A stretch of 35,906 nt of DNA from an uncultured Candidatus Saccharibacteria bacterium (GTDB taxonomy: Bacteria > Patescibacteriota > UBA1384 > CAYGGE01), in contig CAZQGJ010000001.1 of assembly GCA_964592905.1 (NCBI GenBank), positions 1 to 35,906 of the forward strand. Direction: 5' to 3'. Below are positions 1 to 7,651 of this stretch, in pieces; position 1 is the first letter of the stretch, and each line of letters starts with the position of its first letter. The notes below the pieces were generated by a model. It saw only the letters and a program-made list of their open reading frames with translations, was not told the origin of the DNA and made no database searches. The position numbers and the translations under genes were made by a program.

Positions 1-60
1 ATCGTCTTAACCGATCCTCTATGGAATCTTCGGAATCACCGCGCGCGAGAGGCTAACCTC
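1..60 (+). rRNA. possible 3'-terminal fragment of a 23S rRNA (partial, runs off the window start)
   Basis: TTAACCGATCCTCTATG...CGAGAGGCTAACCTC resembles the conserved bacterial 23S 3' end (E. coli GCTAACCGGTACTAATG...GTGAGGCTTAACCTT) with an extra internal hairpin. This is a comparison to a remembered consensus only. Confidence 0.3.
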
Positions 61-85
61 GGCAGGATGATATCCCTCCTCTGGG

Positions 86-94
86 TGCTATAAT
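86..94 (+). promoter_or_regulatory. extended -10-like element TGCTATAAT upstream of tRNA-Leu(CAG)
   Basis: TGnTATAAT lies about 30 nt upstream of the tRNA 5' end. No clear -35 element. Confidence 0.3.
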
Positions 95-123
95 GGTTTC
101 TCACTCGGCAGGAAAAGCCTTGA

Positions 124-209
124 GCCGGGATGGCGGAATGGCAGACGCGCTAGATTCAGGTTCTAGTGTCCGCAAGGGCGTGGAGGTTCGACTCCTCTTC
201 TCGGCACCA
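124..209 (+). tRNA. tRNA-Leu(CAG), CCA encoded
   Basis: Acceptor stem GCCGGGA/TCTCGGC. Anticodon arm CTAGA-TTCAGGT-TCTAG. Long variable arm. T-arm GGAGG-TTCGACT-CCTCT. Ends in ACCA. Confidence 0.9.
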
Positions 210-363
210 AAAACTTTTAATTATTATTTTTAAAAAATAAGCACCTAAGGTCATCAGTTTGGCTCTCCATCGTAGTTGGGTTAATAATCATGGCGAGTTT
301 TTTGGCGCACTGGATTAACCGGCGCTACATCAAGGAAGAATCTAGTCTGACCAACTAAAAAAC

Positions 364-397
364 TTGACAACATCATCAGCGTATGATGAAGTATGAT
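364..397 (+). promoter_or_regulatory. promoter/operator-like region of the RHH-nucleotidyltransferase gene
   Basis: TTGACA at 364-369. Inverted repeat CATCAT(N6)ATGATG at 371-388. Direct repeat GTATGAT at 381-387 and 391-397, the second copy overlapping the ATG at 393. Spacing to a -10 is non-canonical. Confidence 0.3.
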
Positions 398-1220
398 AGT
401 GGAACGACAGAGACTCACTATTACGCTCAAGCCATCGGTTATACAGTTCGTCGATCAACAGATCGATGGCACCAATGTGCGTAATCGCTCTCATGCCATC
501 GAGACACTGATTCAACGGCAGATGAAACCTAAGTTAGAGAAGGCCTTGGTTTTGGCTGCCGGCGTCGGGGCTGCGATGCAGCCTTTCACCCTCGAAACTC
601 CTAAGCCGTTACTTAAAGTGCACGGCCAAACGATCCTTGACCATATCTTGAAAAATCTGGGGGAGCTGGAGCTGACTGGGCTGACTTTGGTCATCTCTCA
701 CTTGGGTGAGCAGATAGTTTCGCATATTGAATCGACTGAAACCAGTCTCGATATCGACTATCTTGAGTGTCCGCCAACTGGGACTGCCGAGCCGATTCGC
801 AAGTATCTGACTCTGCACCCTGACGGACCGGTCTTGCTATATTATGGCGATGTTTTAGCCGAGATCGATTTGGCTAATTTTTACCAATACCATCTGGAGC
901 GACAAACACTGGCTACTATTGCTGTCACTTCGGTGGCCGATCCTTCGGCCTATGGCTCCCTGAGTCTGAAGGGGGATTTAGTGACCGCGATTAACGAGAA
1001 GCCGCAATCTGATCTGGGGACCAGTCGACTGGTTTATGCTGGCCTGGCCATTCTAGAGCCTGAAGTCATTGAGCTGATGCCAGAATCAGCGAAGTCGTTT
1101 GAGATTGATATCCTACCAGAGTTAGTTAAAAAACAGCAATTAGCCGGCTATCTGTTTGAGGGCAAGTGGTTTGACATTGGCGACGCCAGTGTCTACGCAC
1201 GTGCTCTCAAGGAATGGTAA
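393..1220 (+). CDS. ribbon-helix-helix (CopG/Arc-like) domain fused to a sugar-phosphate nucleotidyltransferase domain
   Basis: The N-terminus RLTITLKPSVIQFVDQQI...NRSHAIETLIQRQ has a strand-helix-helix pattern. It is followed by ALVLAAGVGAAMQPFTLETPKPLL (NTP-transferase G-loop) and a YGDVL/GKWFDIGD-type core. Confidence 0.8.
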   Translation: MIVERQRLTITLKPSVIQFVDQQIDGTNVRNRSHAIETLIQRQMKPKLEKALVLAAGVGAAMQPFTLETPKPLLKVHGQTILDHILKNLGELELTGLTLVISHLGEQIVSHIESTETSLDIDYLECPPTGTAEPIRKYLTLHPDGPVLLYYGDVLAEIDLANFYQYHLERQTLATIAVTSVADPSAYGSLSLKGDLVTAINEKPQSDLGTSRLVYAGLAILEPEVIELMPESAKSFEIDILPELVKKQQLAGYLFEGKWFDIGDASVYARALKEW

Positions 1221-1540
1221 GAGAGTACGAGTCGAAGAAAGTTAGGCTCATGGCTGGTGGGGACGATAGAAGTAGGCACATCTCAGACGGGACGAGTAGT
1301 CCGGTTTGCAACCGGCAACCATCGAGTGGTCGGTTCGATGGGGTACCGCAAGGACCTCGCTACAACCCTGTGACAAGCACAGATCGACGCCCTTATGTTG
1401 GCTTTGACATCGAGTACCACCCGAGTGAGATCGAGGGACGGCCAGGGCTTCATCAACAGAAGTAAAGCGTAGAGGCTAAACGCTGACTTCGCAAAATGGC
1501 AATTCCGGAGCTGTCTCTACGAGCGGCTCCGGATTTCTGT
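1221..1540 (+). ncRNA. candidate structured ncRNA of unassigned family (RNase P RNA-like CR-I motif)
   Basis: A 320-nt non-coding gap with several perfect hairpins: CCGGTT/AACCGG at 1301-1315, CCATCGA/TCGATGG at 1319-1341, and TCCGGAGC/GCTCCGGA at 1504-1533 followed by TTTCTGT. GAAGAAAGTTAGGCTCATGG at 1234-1253 resembles RNase P GAGGAAAGUCCGGGCUCCAU, and ACAGAA occurs at 1455-1460. I could not complete the P4 pairing by hand. Confidence 0.3.
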
Positions 1541-1550
1541 ATTGAGATAT

Positions 1551-1578
1551 TTACAGGAGCCCAACTTTTCCCTATAAT
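1551..1578 (+). promoter_or_regulatory. sigma70-like promoter of the three-tRNA cluster
   Basis: TTACAG, 16-nt spacer, TATAAT. The -10 ends 8 nt before the tRNA-Leu(GAG) 5' end. Confidence 0.45.
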
Positions 1579-1586
1579 GCTCATAG

Positions 1587-1673
1587 GCCGCGGTGCTGGA
1601 ATGGTATACAGGCTAGCTTGAGGTGCTAGTGTTCGCAAGGGCATGGAGGTTCGAGTCCTCTCCGCGGCACCAG
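1587..1673 (+). tRNA. tRNA-Leu(GAG), CCA encoded
   Basis: Acceptor stem GCCGCGG/CCGCGGC. Anticodon arm CTAGC-TTGAGGT-GCTAG. Long variable arm. T-arm GGAGG-TTCGAGT-CCTCT. Confidence 0.9.
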
Positions 1674-1682
1674 AGCGGATCT

Positions 1683-1757
1683 GCCTGGGTAGCTCAGTGG
1701 TAGAGCAGGGGCCTGAAGAGCCTCGTGTCGTCAGTCCGATTCTGACCCTAGGCACCA
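1683..1757 (+). tRNA. tRNA-Phe(GAA), CCA encoded, atypical T-loop
   Basis: Acceptor stem GCCTGGG/CCTAGGC. Anticodon arm GGGGC-CTGAAGA-GCCTC. T-arm GTCAG-TCCGATT-CTGAC, so the T-loop reads UCCGAUU rather than UUCGAAU. Confidence 0.8.
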
Positions 1758-1760
1758 GAT

Positions 1761-1836
1761 GGACGCTTAGCTCAGTTGGTAGAGCATCTCGTTTACACCG
1801 AGACTGTCGGGGGTTCGAGTCCCTCAGCGTCCACCA
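1761..1836 (+). tRNA. tRNA-Val(TAC), CCA encoded
   Basis: Acceptor stem GGACGCT/AGCGTCC. Anticodon arm TCTCG-TTTACAC-CGAGA. T-arm GGGGG-TTCGAGT-CCCTC. Confidence 0.9.
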
Positions 1837-2034
1837 TTACATAATTTAAATCAAGTTCTCATATTTTTCTAAATATCTAATTAAATATTAACGGTACTAC
1901 GGTAGCGTACTTGAAGTGCTATTGAGTTAGTATTATTTAGTAGTAGCCGGCTCTCATACTTATCCACAACATCTAGTATTACAGAATTAAGAAGGCTTCG
2001 TGCTAAAGTAATTAAGACAATTAAATACTGGAGC

Positions 2035-2115
2035 TATGAAGTGAAGTAGGGTGTAAATCCCTCGCTGTCGCGCAACGGTGTATCCGCTAGAAACGGATAA
2101 GTCCGGCCCTTCATA
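2035..2115 (+). promoter_or_regulatory. compact cobalamin (B12) riboswitch-like aptamer in the nrdA leader
   Basis: Closing helix TATGAAG (2035-2041)/CTTCATA (2109-2115). Core AGGGTGTAAATCCC...CTGTCGCGCAACGGTG matches the GGUGnAAnUCC...CnGnCCCGCAACnGU consensus. Hairpin TATCCG-CTAGAAA-CGGATA is followed by a B12-box-like AAGTCCGGCCC. Confidence 0.65.
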
Positions 2116-2178
2116 TATGTGTCTTCGGACATCTCCACTGGCTCGCGTCAAGCCGCCTTCTTGCCAGAGGCTGGAGTT

Positions 2179-2208
2179 ACACTTGACGCACGTCAGGTGT
2201 TTTTATTT
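2179..2208 (+). terminator. intrinsic terminator/attenuator between the riboswitch and nrdA
   Basis: ACACTTGACG/CGTCAGGTGT stem (one G-U pair) followed by TTTTATTT. It lies about 35 nt upstream of the nrdA RBS. Confidence 0.6.
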
Positions 2209-2241
2209 GGTGACACAATAAGGATTAAAACAAGGAGGTCC

Positions 2242-4755
2242 ATGCAACTAACAATCACTAAACGCGATGGAGCGACAGAACTCTTTAACGCTGATCGAAT
2301 TAATCGATCAATCGAACGAGCTGCTATCGGCCTCACTGACCCAATCAGTAAAGTTACCCAGGTGGGCACAGACACCCGCTTGACACTTTACGAGGGCATT
2401 ACCAGTGAAGAACTGGACAAGGCGACGATTAACGCTGCGGTCCAAAATATTAAGGATGATCCAGAGTATGACAAAATTGCCACACGGCTTCTGCTTAAAA
2501 CAGTCTATAAACGAGTCATTGGTGACTATGAGGATACTGACGAACTAAAAAAAGGCCATAACGAAAAATTCATTAATTACATTCGGACCGGCATTGATAA
2601 CGGCATACTCGATCCTCGTATGGAAAGTAACTTTAATCTAACCGAGCTAGCCAGCGCTTTAGTTATCGAGCGAGATGAACTTTTTGTTTACGCCGGACTC
2701 TCCAGCCTAATCGATCGATATACCGTTAAAGATAATCGGCAGCAGCCAGCTGAAACTCCACAATATTGTTTTATGCGGGTTGCCATGGGTCTTTCTTATA
2801 ACGAAAAAGATCCTACGCAGTGGGCAATTCGCTTTTATGAAAAAATGTCGAAGCATGAATATATCGCCGGCGGTTCAACCAATATTCATGCTGGCACCAT
2901 CAGACCCGCCCTCTCCAACTGTTTCCTCATGGAGATTCAGGATGATATCGACCACATTGCAAAGTCAGTGGCTGACGTTATGAAGCTCTCCAAAGCTTCG
3001 GGCGGGATCGGAGCTTCTATAACGAAACTACGTGCAACTGGTTCGCCATTATCGTCCAACAACACTACTTCAAGCGGCCCAACTCCATTTGCTAAGATAA
3101 TCGATACCGCTATTCGAGCTATTCAACGGGGAGGTAAAAAGAAAGGAGCCCTCTGTTTTTACATGGAAAATTGGCATATAGACTTCCCCGAATTCTTAGA
3201 TTGGAAGCATAATGCTGGGGACGACTACATGCGAATGCGAACTGCTAATACAGCAGTCTTTCTGTCAGATGAGTTTATGAAGCGGGTTGAAGCAGGGGAT
3301 GATTGGTACATGTTTGACCCAGCTGAAACGGCCGACTTGAATGAACTCTACGGCCAGGCTTTTTCCAAGCGATATACGCACTATGTGAAGGAAGCGAAGG
3401 CAGGAAAGTTAAGGATATTTAAAAAGGTGCCGGCTACCGAACAATATCGACAAATCCTAATCTCGCTCCAGACGACTTCACATCCATGGCTCACTTGGAA
3501 GGATACTATTAATTTACGCGCCCTTAATAATAATACTGGGACTATCCATATGTCGAATCTCTGCACTGAAATTTGTTTACCTCAAGACAAAGATAACACC
3601 GCGGTTTGCAATCTTGCCTCACTCAATCTAAGCGCCCACCTAAAAAAGAAACAGGTTGATTGGCAAAAGCTTGAAGCAAGCGTTCGCCTAGCGATTCGTC
3701 AGCTCGATAATCTTATTGATATCAATATCTTGCCGACAGCCGAGTCTATCCGTTCCGATAAAGAAAATCGAGCGATTGGCTTAGGTGTAATGGGGCTCTC
3801 GGACACACTTGAACAACTAGGTATTCCCTATGATAGTGCTCATGCATACGACTTTGCTGATAGCCTCTTTGAATTTGTCAGCTATATGGCAATTGACGAG
3901 AGTGCCAACTTAGCTAAAGAGCGGGGTAGCTATACTCACTTTAAAGGTTCACTGTGGTCAAAAGGCCAAGTTCCATTCGATACGCTAGCGGCGCTAGAGA
4001 AAGACAGAGGAGTTAGTTTAGAGTTAGATAAAAAGAGTAAGCACAAAGGGCTGCAATGGGATACCCTGCGAGCAAAGGTTAAAAAGGGCATTCGTAACGC
4101 CACTCTTTTGGCAGTTGCGCCGAACGCCAATATCGGGCTCATTGCCGGCACGACGCCAGGGATCGATCCTCGTTTCGCTCAGATCTTTTCTCGCAATAAA
4201 CTATCTGGTAAGTATTTAGATATTAATCACAACTTGGTGACTGAACTCAAGAATCTTAATCTCTGGGAGCAGGTTCGAGAACAGGTGCTTGGGCTTCAAG
4301 GGGATATCTCTACTATCAAGGAGATTCCTGAACACATTCGAGCGGTTTTTAAAACCTCATTTACAGTCAAAGCCTCGGCTTATATAGAAATCGCTGCAAG
4401 GGCTCAAAAGTGGGTCGATCAAGCGCTATCTCGGAATATGTACTTAGAGTCACGCGATATAGATGAAATGATGACAATTTATTCATCAGCTTGGAAAAAA
4501 GGTGTGAAATCTACCTATTATTTACACATGAAACCACGTCATACCGCAGAACAAAGCACTGTGGCTGTAAATAAGTCGGAACAGCTAGGCAAGGTTGGTT
4601 TTGCCGCTGCCTTGGATACATTGTCAGAGACACCTAAGAATCAAAGTACAGAAATGGTCGAAGAAGTCTTAAAGCCCGTCGGCTTTGCTACTATAATCGG
4701 TCAATCCTGTCCAATTGACCCCCAAGAACGACTTCAGTGTGATAGCTGTCAATAA
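2242..4755 (+). CDS. nrdA: ribonucleoside-diphosphate reductase alpha subunit (class I) with N-terminal ATP-cone
   Basis: The ATG at 2242 follows AAGGAGG (2233-2238). ATP-cone: TITKRDGATELFNADRINRSIERA. Active-site NLCTEI...CNLASLN. C-terminal Cys pair CDSC. The annotated GTG at 2119 would run through the riboswitch and terminator. Confidence 0.95.
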   Translation: MQLTITKRDGATELFNADRINRSIERAAIGLTDPISKVTQVGTDTRLTLYEGITSEELDKATINAAVQNIKDDPEYDKIATRLLLKTVYKRVIGDYEDTDELKKGHNEKFINYIRTGIDNGILDPRMESNFNLTELASALVIERDELFVYAGLSSLIDRYTVKDNRQQPAETPQYCFMRVAMGLSYNEKDPTQWAIRFYEKMSKHEYIAGGSTNIHAGTIRPALSNCFLMEIQDDIDHIAKSVADVMKLSKASGGIGASITKLRATGSPLSSNNTTSSGPTPFAKIIDTAIRAIQRGGKKKGALCFYMENWHIDFPEFLDWKHNAGDDYMRMRTANTAVFLSDEFMKRVEAGDDWYMFDPAETADLNELYGQAFSKRYTHYVKEAKAGKLRIFKKVPATEQYRQILISLQTTSHPWLTWKDTINLRALNNNTGTIHMSNLCTEICLPQDKDNTAVCNLASLNLSAHLKKKQVDWQKLEASVRLAIRQLDNLIDINILPTAESIRSDKENRAIGLGVMGLSDTLEQLGIPYDSAHAYDFADSLFEFVSYMAIDESANLAKERGSYTHFKGSLWSKGQVPFDTLAALEKDRGVSLELDKKSKHKGLQWDTLRAKVKKGIRNATLLAVAPNANIGLIAGTTPGIDPRFAQIFSRNKLSGKYLDINHNLVTELKNLNLWEQVREQVLGLQGDISTIKEIPEHIRAVFKTSFTVKASAYIEIAARAQKWVDQALSRNMYLESRDIDEMMTIYSSAWKKGVKSTYYLHMKPRHTAEQSTVAVNKSEQLGKVGFAAALDTLSETPKNQSTEMVEEVLKPVGFATIIGQSCPIDPQERLQCDSCQ

Positions 4756-4775
4756 AACACTAAGAAAGGAAGACT

Positions 4776-5759
4776 ATGATTATTGGTAACGCCTCTGCCG
4801 AAGATATGAATCTTCACCCAATTCGCTATCAATGGGCCTATGATTTGTACCAACAGTCGGTTCGTAATACTTGGTTTCCTCACGAAATTGCTCTCAAAGA
4901 AGACTTGGAAGATTGGCAAAAAATGACCGAGGATGAACGTCACGCGATTACTTTCCTCATGGCTTTCTTTAATCCAGCCGAACTTATAGTCAACCGTTCA
5001 ATTGCCTTAGGAATATATCCTTACTTAAAATCACCCGAATGCCACCTTTATTTAGCCAAACAGATGTGGGAGGAGGCTAATCATTGTGTATCGTTTGAGT
5101 ATGTCCTGCAAACCTTCCCTGTTAATCGTGATACTATTTTCAATCTGCACTTATCCACGCCATCAATGCAGGCCAAAGAGGCCTACATCATGCGCTATAT
5201 GAAACGAATGACTAGTGATGTCCTAGATATTGAAACAACCGAAGGCAAGAAGGACTTTATTAGGAATTTAGTGGCAACCAACATCGTTATGGAAGGGACC
5301 TGGTTTTATAGTGGCTTTATGGTTGCTCTGTCGTTTCGTCAACGGAATCAGCTTCGTAATTTTGGATCCATGATTAACTGGGTAATCCGAGACGAGAGCT
5401 TGCATCTTAAGTTTGGCATTAACCTTGTGCAAACCGCCTTAGAAGAGAATAGTGACCTCTTAACTAAAGAATTTGCCGACGAGATTCACGCTATAATCGT
5501 TGAGGGAGTTGATCTCGAAGTTGCCTATAATCACGATCTCTTTCCGACCGGTATCTTAGGTTTAAACGCTGATTATGTGAATCAATACGTTCAGTATGTT
5601 GCCGATCGCCGTCTAGAGGAGTTGGGCTTGCCGAAACACTATAATGTGACTAATCCGGCCAAATGGATGGGAACAGCGACCGATGTTTTTGAATTAGTAA
5701 ATTTCTTTGAGCAGCAGAATACAAGCTATGAGGTTGATGGCGGTGCAACGAGTAAGTAA
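4776..5759 (+). CDS. nrdB: ribonucleotide reductase beta subunit with class Ic-like signature (Phe at the radical-Tyr position)
   Basis: Metal ligand motifs FFNPAELIV, WEEANHCVSF, MEGTWFYSGF and RDESLH. The residue four positions after the EEANH histidine is F, not Y. C-terminal YEVD tail. Confidence 0.93.
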   Translation: MIIGNASAEDMNLHPIRYQWAYDLYQQSVRNTWFPHEIALKEDLEDWQKMTEDERHAITFLMAFFNPAELIVNRSIALGIYPYLKSPECHLYLAKQMWEEANHCVSFEYVLQTFPVNRDTIFNLHLSTPSMQAKEAYIMRYMKRMTSDVLDIETTEGKKDFIRNLVATNIVMEGTWFYSGFMVALSFRQRNQLRNFGSMINWVIRDESLHLKFGINLVQTALEENSDLLTKEFADEIHAIIVEGVDLEVAYNHDLFPTGILGLNADYVNQYVQYVADRRLEELGLPKHYNVTNPAKWMGTATDVFELVNFFEQQNTSYEVDGGATSK

Positions 5760-5929
5760 CCAGTGTTTGATCTAGAAATTTTATACCGCATCTGTTAATA
5801 TAGATCTACGTGGAATCTGTTGACTTAATTAAACAATTCGTCGACGACGTCCACCACGCCAGTTCAGACTCATCGTAGTCGAATTGAGCCTATACAAAAT
5901 CCAGGCTAGAACCCTGGTAGGAGACACTT

Positions 5930-7144
5930 TTGTCCAACACCACCATCAACCAAATGTCTGACTTAGTCGAGTCACCTGACTTTGAGCTAGTGCCGTTTAA
6001 AGCTGGCACCAGTTTCGAGGTCGAAGTTCTCAATGTCAATCGCAAACGAATCCTTTGCGATCTGGCCGGTTTAACTCTGGGGATTATTCCTAATCGTGAG
6101 TTCAGTCACGATAGCGCCACCCTCAAAGCTGGCGATAAAGTCTTGGCCTATGTCCTGACTCTCGAGAATCAAGACGGCTATGCCGTACTTTCACTCAAGC
6201 GTGCCGACCGTGAGCGCATTTGGACGACTATCAAAGAGCGCGAGGCTTCGGGTCAACCAGTTAGCGTCAAGGTCGTCGATACTAATCGCGGCGGATTGCT
6301 AGTCGATTACTCTGGACTCGAAGGCTTTTTGCCTGCCTCTCAATTAAGCTCAAATCATGCTAAAACTAACGATGGCGAACGCGAGGGCAGCCTCCGGCAC
6401 CTTGTCGGACTAGACCTGAACGTTAAAATCTTGAGCTTTGATCAAAACACAAACAAATTAATCTTCTCCGAAAAAGCGGCTGGCGACTCGGGTATTGCCG
6501 AAAAGGCCAAATCTCTACCAGTTGGCGAGCGGATGACCGGCGATATTACCGGCGTTGTGCCGTTTGGTATCTTCGTCCGCGTTGGCGATGTCGAAGGCCT
6601 AGTCCATATCTCGGAAATTGCCTGGGAAAAGATCGATAACGTCGGCGACCAGTTCAAGGTCGGCGATAGCGTCGAAGTAGTCGTCATCGGCATCGAAGGC
6701 AGCCGTGTCTCGCTCTCGATGAAGCGACTCAAGGACGATCCTTGGCAACACAAGGCCGAACAGTTTAAGGTCGGCCAAAAGATCAACGGTGCCGTCACTC
6801 GCATTACGCCATTTGGTGCCTTTGTCCGGCTTGACGAGGGTCTTGATGGACTGGTTCATGTTTCAGAGATGGGTGACAAAGTCACCGATCCACACACCGC
6901 TGTCACTAGTGGCGAGGCCTATGACTTTGAGATTCTCAGTATTGAACCGTTACAACACCGTATATCATTACGATTATTAAGTTCAGGCAAAGCTAAAACT
7001 CAGAACGAGGACGAAACAGTGGTAGCCGAGACCAAAACTGAGACCAAGGATGAGTCTAAGTCCGAGGCCAAAGTTGAGGTTGAAGCGCAAGACGAAACCG
7101 AGACACCAGAAGCTACAACTGAAGCTACAACCGAGAAGCAATAA
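5930..7144 (+). CDS. rpsA: 30S ribosomal protein S1 (four S1 domains, acidic E/T-rich tail)
   Basis: TTG start 6 nt after AGGAG. Repeated S1 motifs (GDITGVVPFGIFVRVG.VEGLVHISE, INGAVTRITPFGAFVRL...DGLVHVSE). Confidence 0.9.
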   Translation: MSNTTINQMSDLVESPDFELVPFKAGTSFEVEVLNVNRKRILCDLAGLTLGIIPNREFSHDSATLKAGDKVLAYVLTLENQDGYAVLSLKRADRERIWTTIKEREASGQPVSVKVVDTNRGGLLVDYSGLEGFLPASQLSSNHAKTNDGEREGSLRHLVGLDLNVKILSFDQNTNKLIFSEKAAGDSGIAEKAKSLPVGERMTGDITGVVPFGIFVRVGDVEGLVHISEIAWEKIDNVGDQFKVGDSVEVVVIGIEGSRVSLSMKRLKDDPWQHKAEQFKVGQKINGAVTRITPFGAFVRLDEGLDGLVHVSEMGDKVTDPHTAVTSGEAYDFEILSIEPLQHRISLRLLSSGKAKTQNEDETVVAETKTETKDESKSEAKVEVEAQDETETPEATTEATTEKQ

Positions 7145-7626
7145 TGCTTATCAAGCGCCTCGATCCTCAAACGCTACAGCTCAAGGGTAAATCAGTAACG
7201 ATAGAACTTGGCCAGACTGTCACCATTGCCGGTCACCAGATCGAATCACCGGGTGAATACGAGCTATCTGGGGTCAGTCTCGAGTGGCCAACTGCCGATG
7301 TTAGATTAGTGCGCTTTGAAGATTGCTATATTTTACAGCTCTATAATCTCAATCGGTTACTGACAGACGAAGAGTTAGAGCAAGTTGGGATAGCGACAAT
7401 CCTCATCTTGCCGGTTGGCGGTACCGAGGCCAAGGGGCTAGAGCCAAAAATGGCGGTCGAGGTAATGAACCAAATCGATCCCTCGTTAGTTATCTTAAAT
7501 CAATACGAGAGCGTCGAGCCGTTTCGGACTGCCTACCCCAAGGGGTTAGAGGTAGCACCAGAATTGAAGATTACTAACACCACCCTCCCTGAAGAAAGAC
7601 AAGTTTACGTCATCGACAACGTTTAA
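7144..7626 (+). CDS. hypothetical protein resembling the C-terminal part of MBL-fold (UPF0173-like) hydrolases, with no HxHxDH motif
   Basis: TAATG stop/start overlap with rpsA. ILILPVGGTEAKGLEPKMAVEVMNQIDPSLVI resembles the PxGG...A.e.v..i.P segment of MBL-fold hydrolases. Confidence 0.6.
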   Translation: MLIKRLDPQTLQLKGKSVTIELGQTVTIAGHQIESPGEYELSGVSLEWPTADVRLVRFEDCYILQLYNLNRLLTDEELEQVGIATILILPVGGTEAKGLEPKMAVEVMNQIDPSLVILNQYESVEPFRTAYPKGLEVAPELKITNTTLPEERQVYVIDNV

Positions 7627-7651
7627 ACCGTTAACCGAGATAGCGAGGCTG

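Noticed and set aside
1221-1540. tmRNA or SRP RNA identity for the structured spacer
   Set aside because: There is no tRNA-like 3' end with a CCA-adjacent T-arm, no GGGG...UUCGAC 5' motif, no tag reading frame, and no SRP GGAA/AGCA domain IV motif.
1214-1849. ORFs 1214-1465 (+), 1453-1755 (-) and 1643-1849 (+)
   Set aside because: They lie over the structured spacer and three tRNA genes. The translations are low-complexity or Arg/Pro-rich and are explained by the RNA features.
1961-1985. NrdR box upstream of nrdA (CCACAACATCTAGTATT)
   Set aside because: It is not palindromic and does not fit the 16-bp acaCwAtATaTwGtgt consensus. It is also a single copy, whereas tandem boxes are usual.
2119-2241. 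N-terminal extension of nrdA from the GTG at 2119
   Set aside because: It runs through the riboswitch 3' side and the terminator hairpin. A consensus AAGGAGG precedes the ATG at 2242, and the ATP-cone begins there.
6442-6980. Antisense and alternate-frame ORFs inside rpsA
   Set aside because: They are nested in the S1 repeat-domain gene. They have no RBS and no motif.
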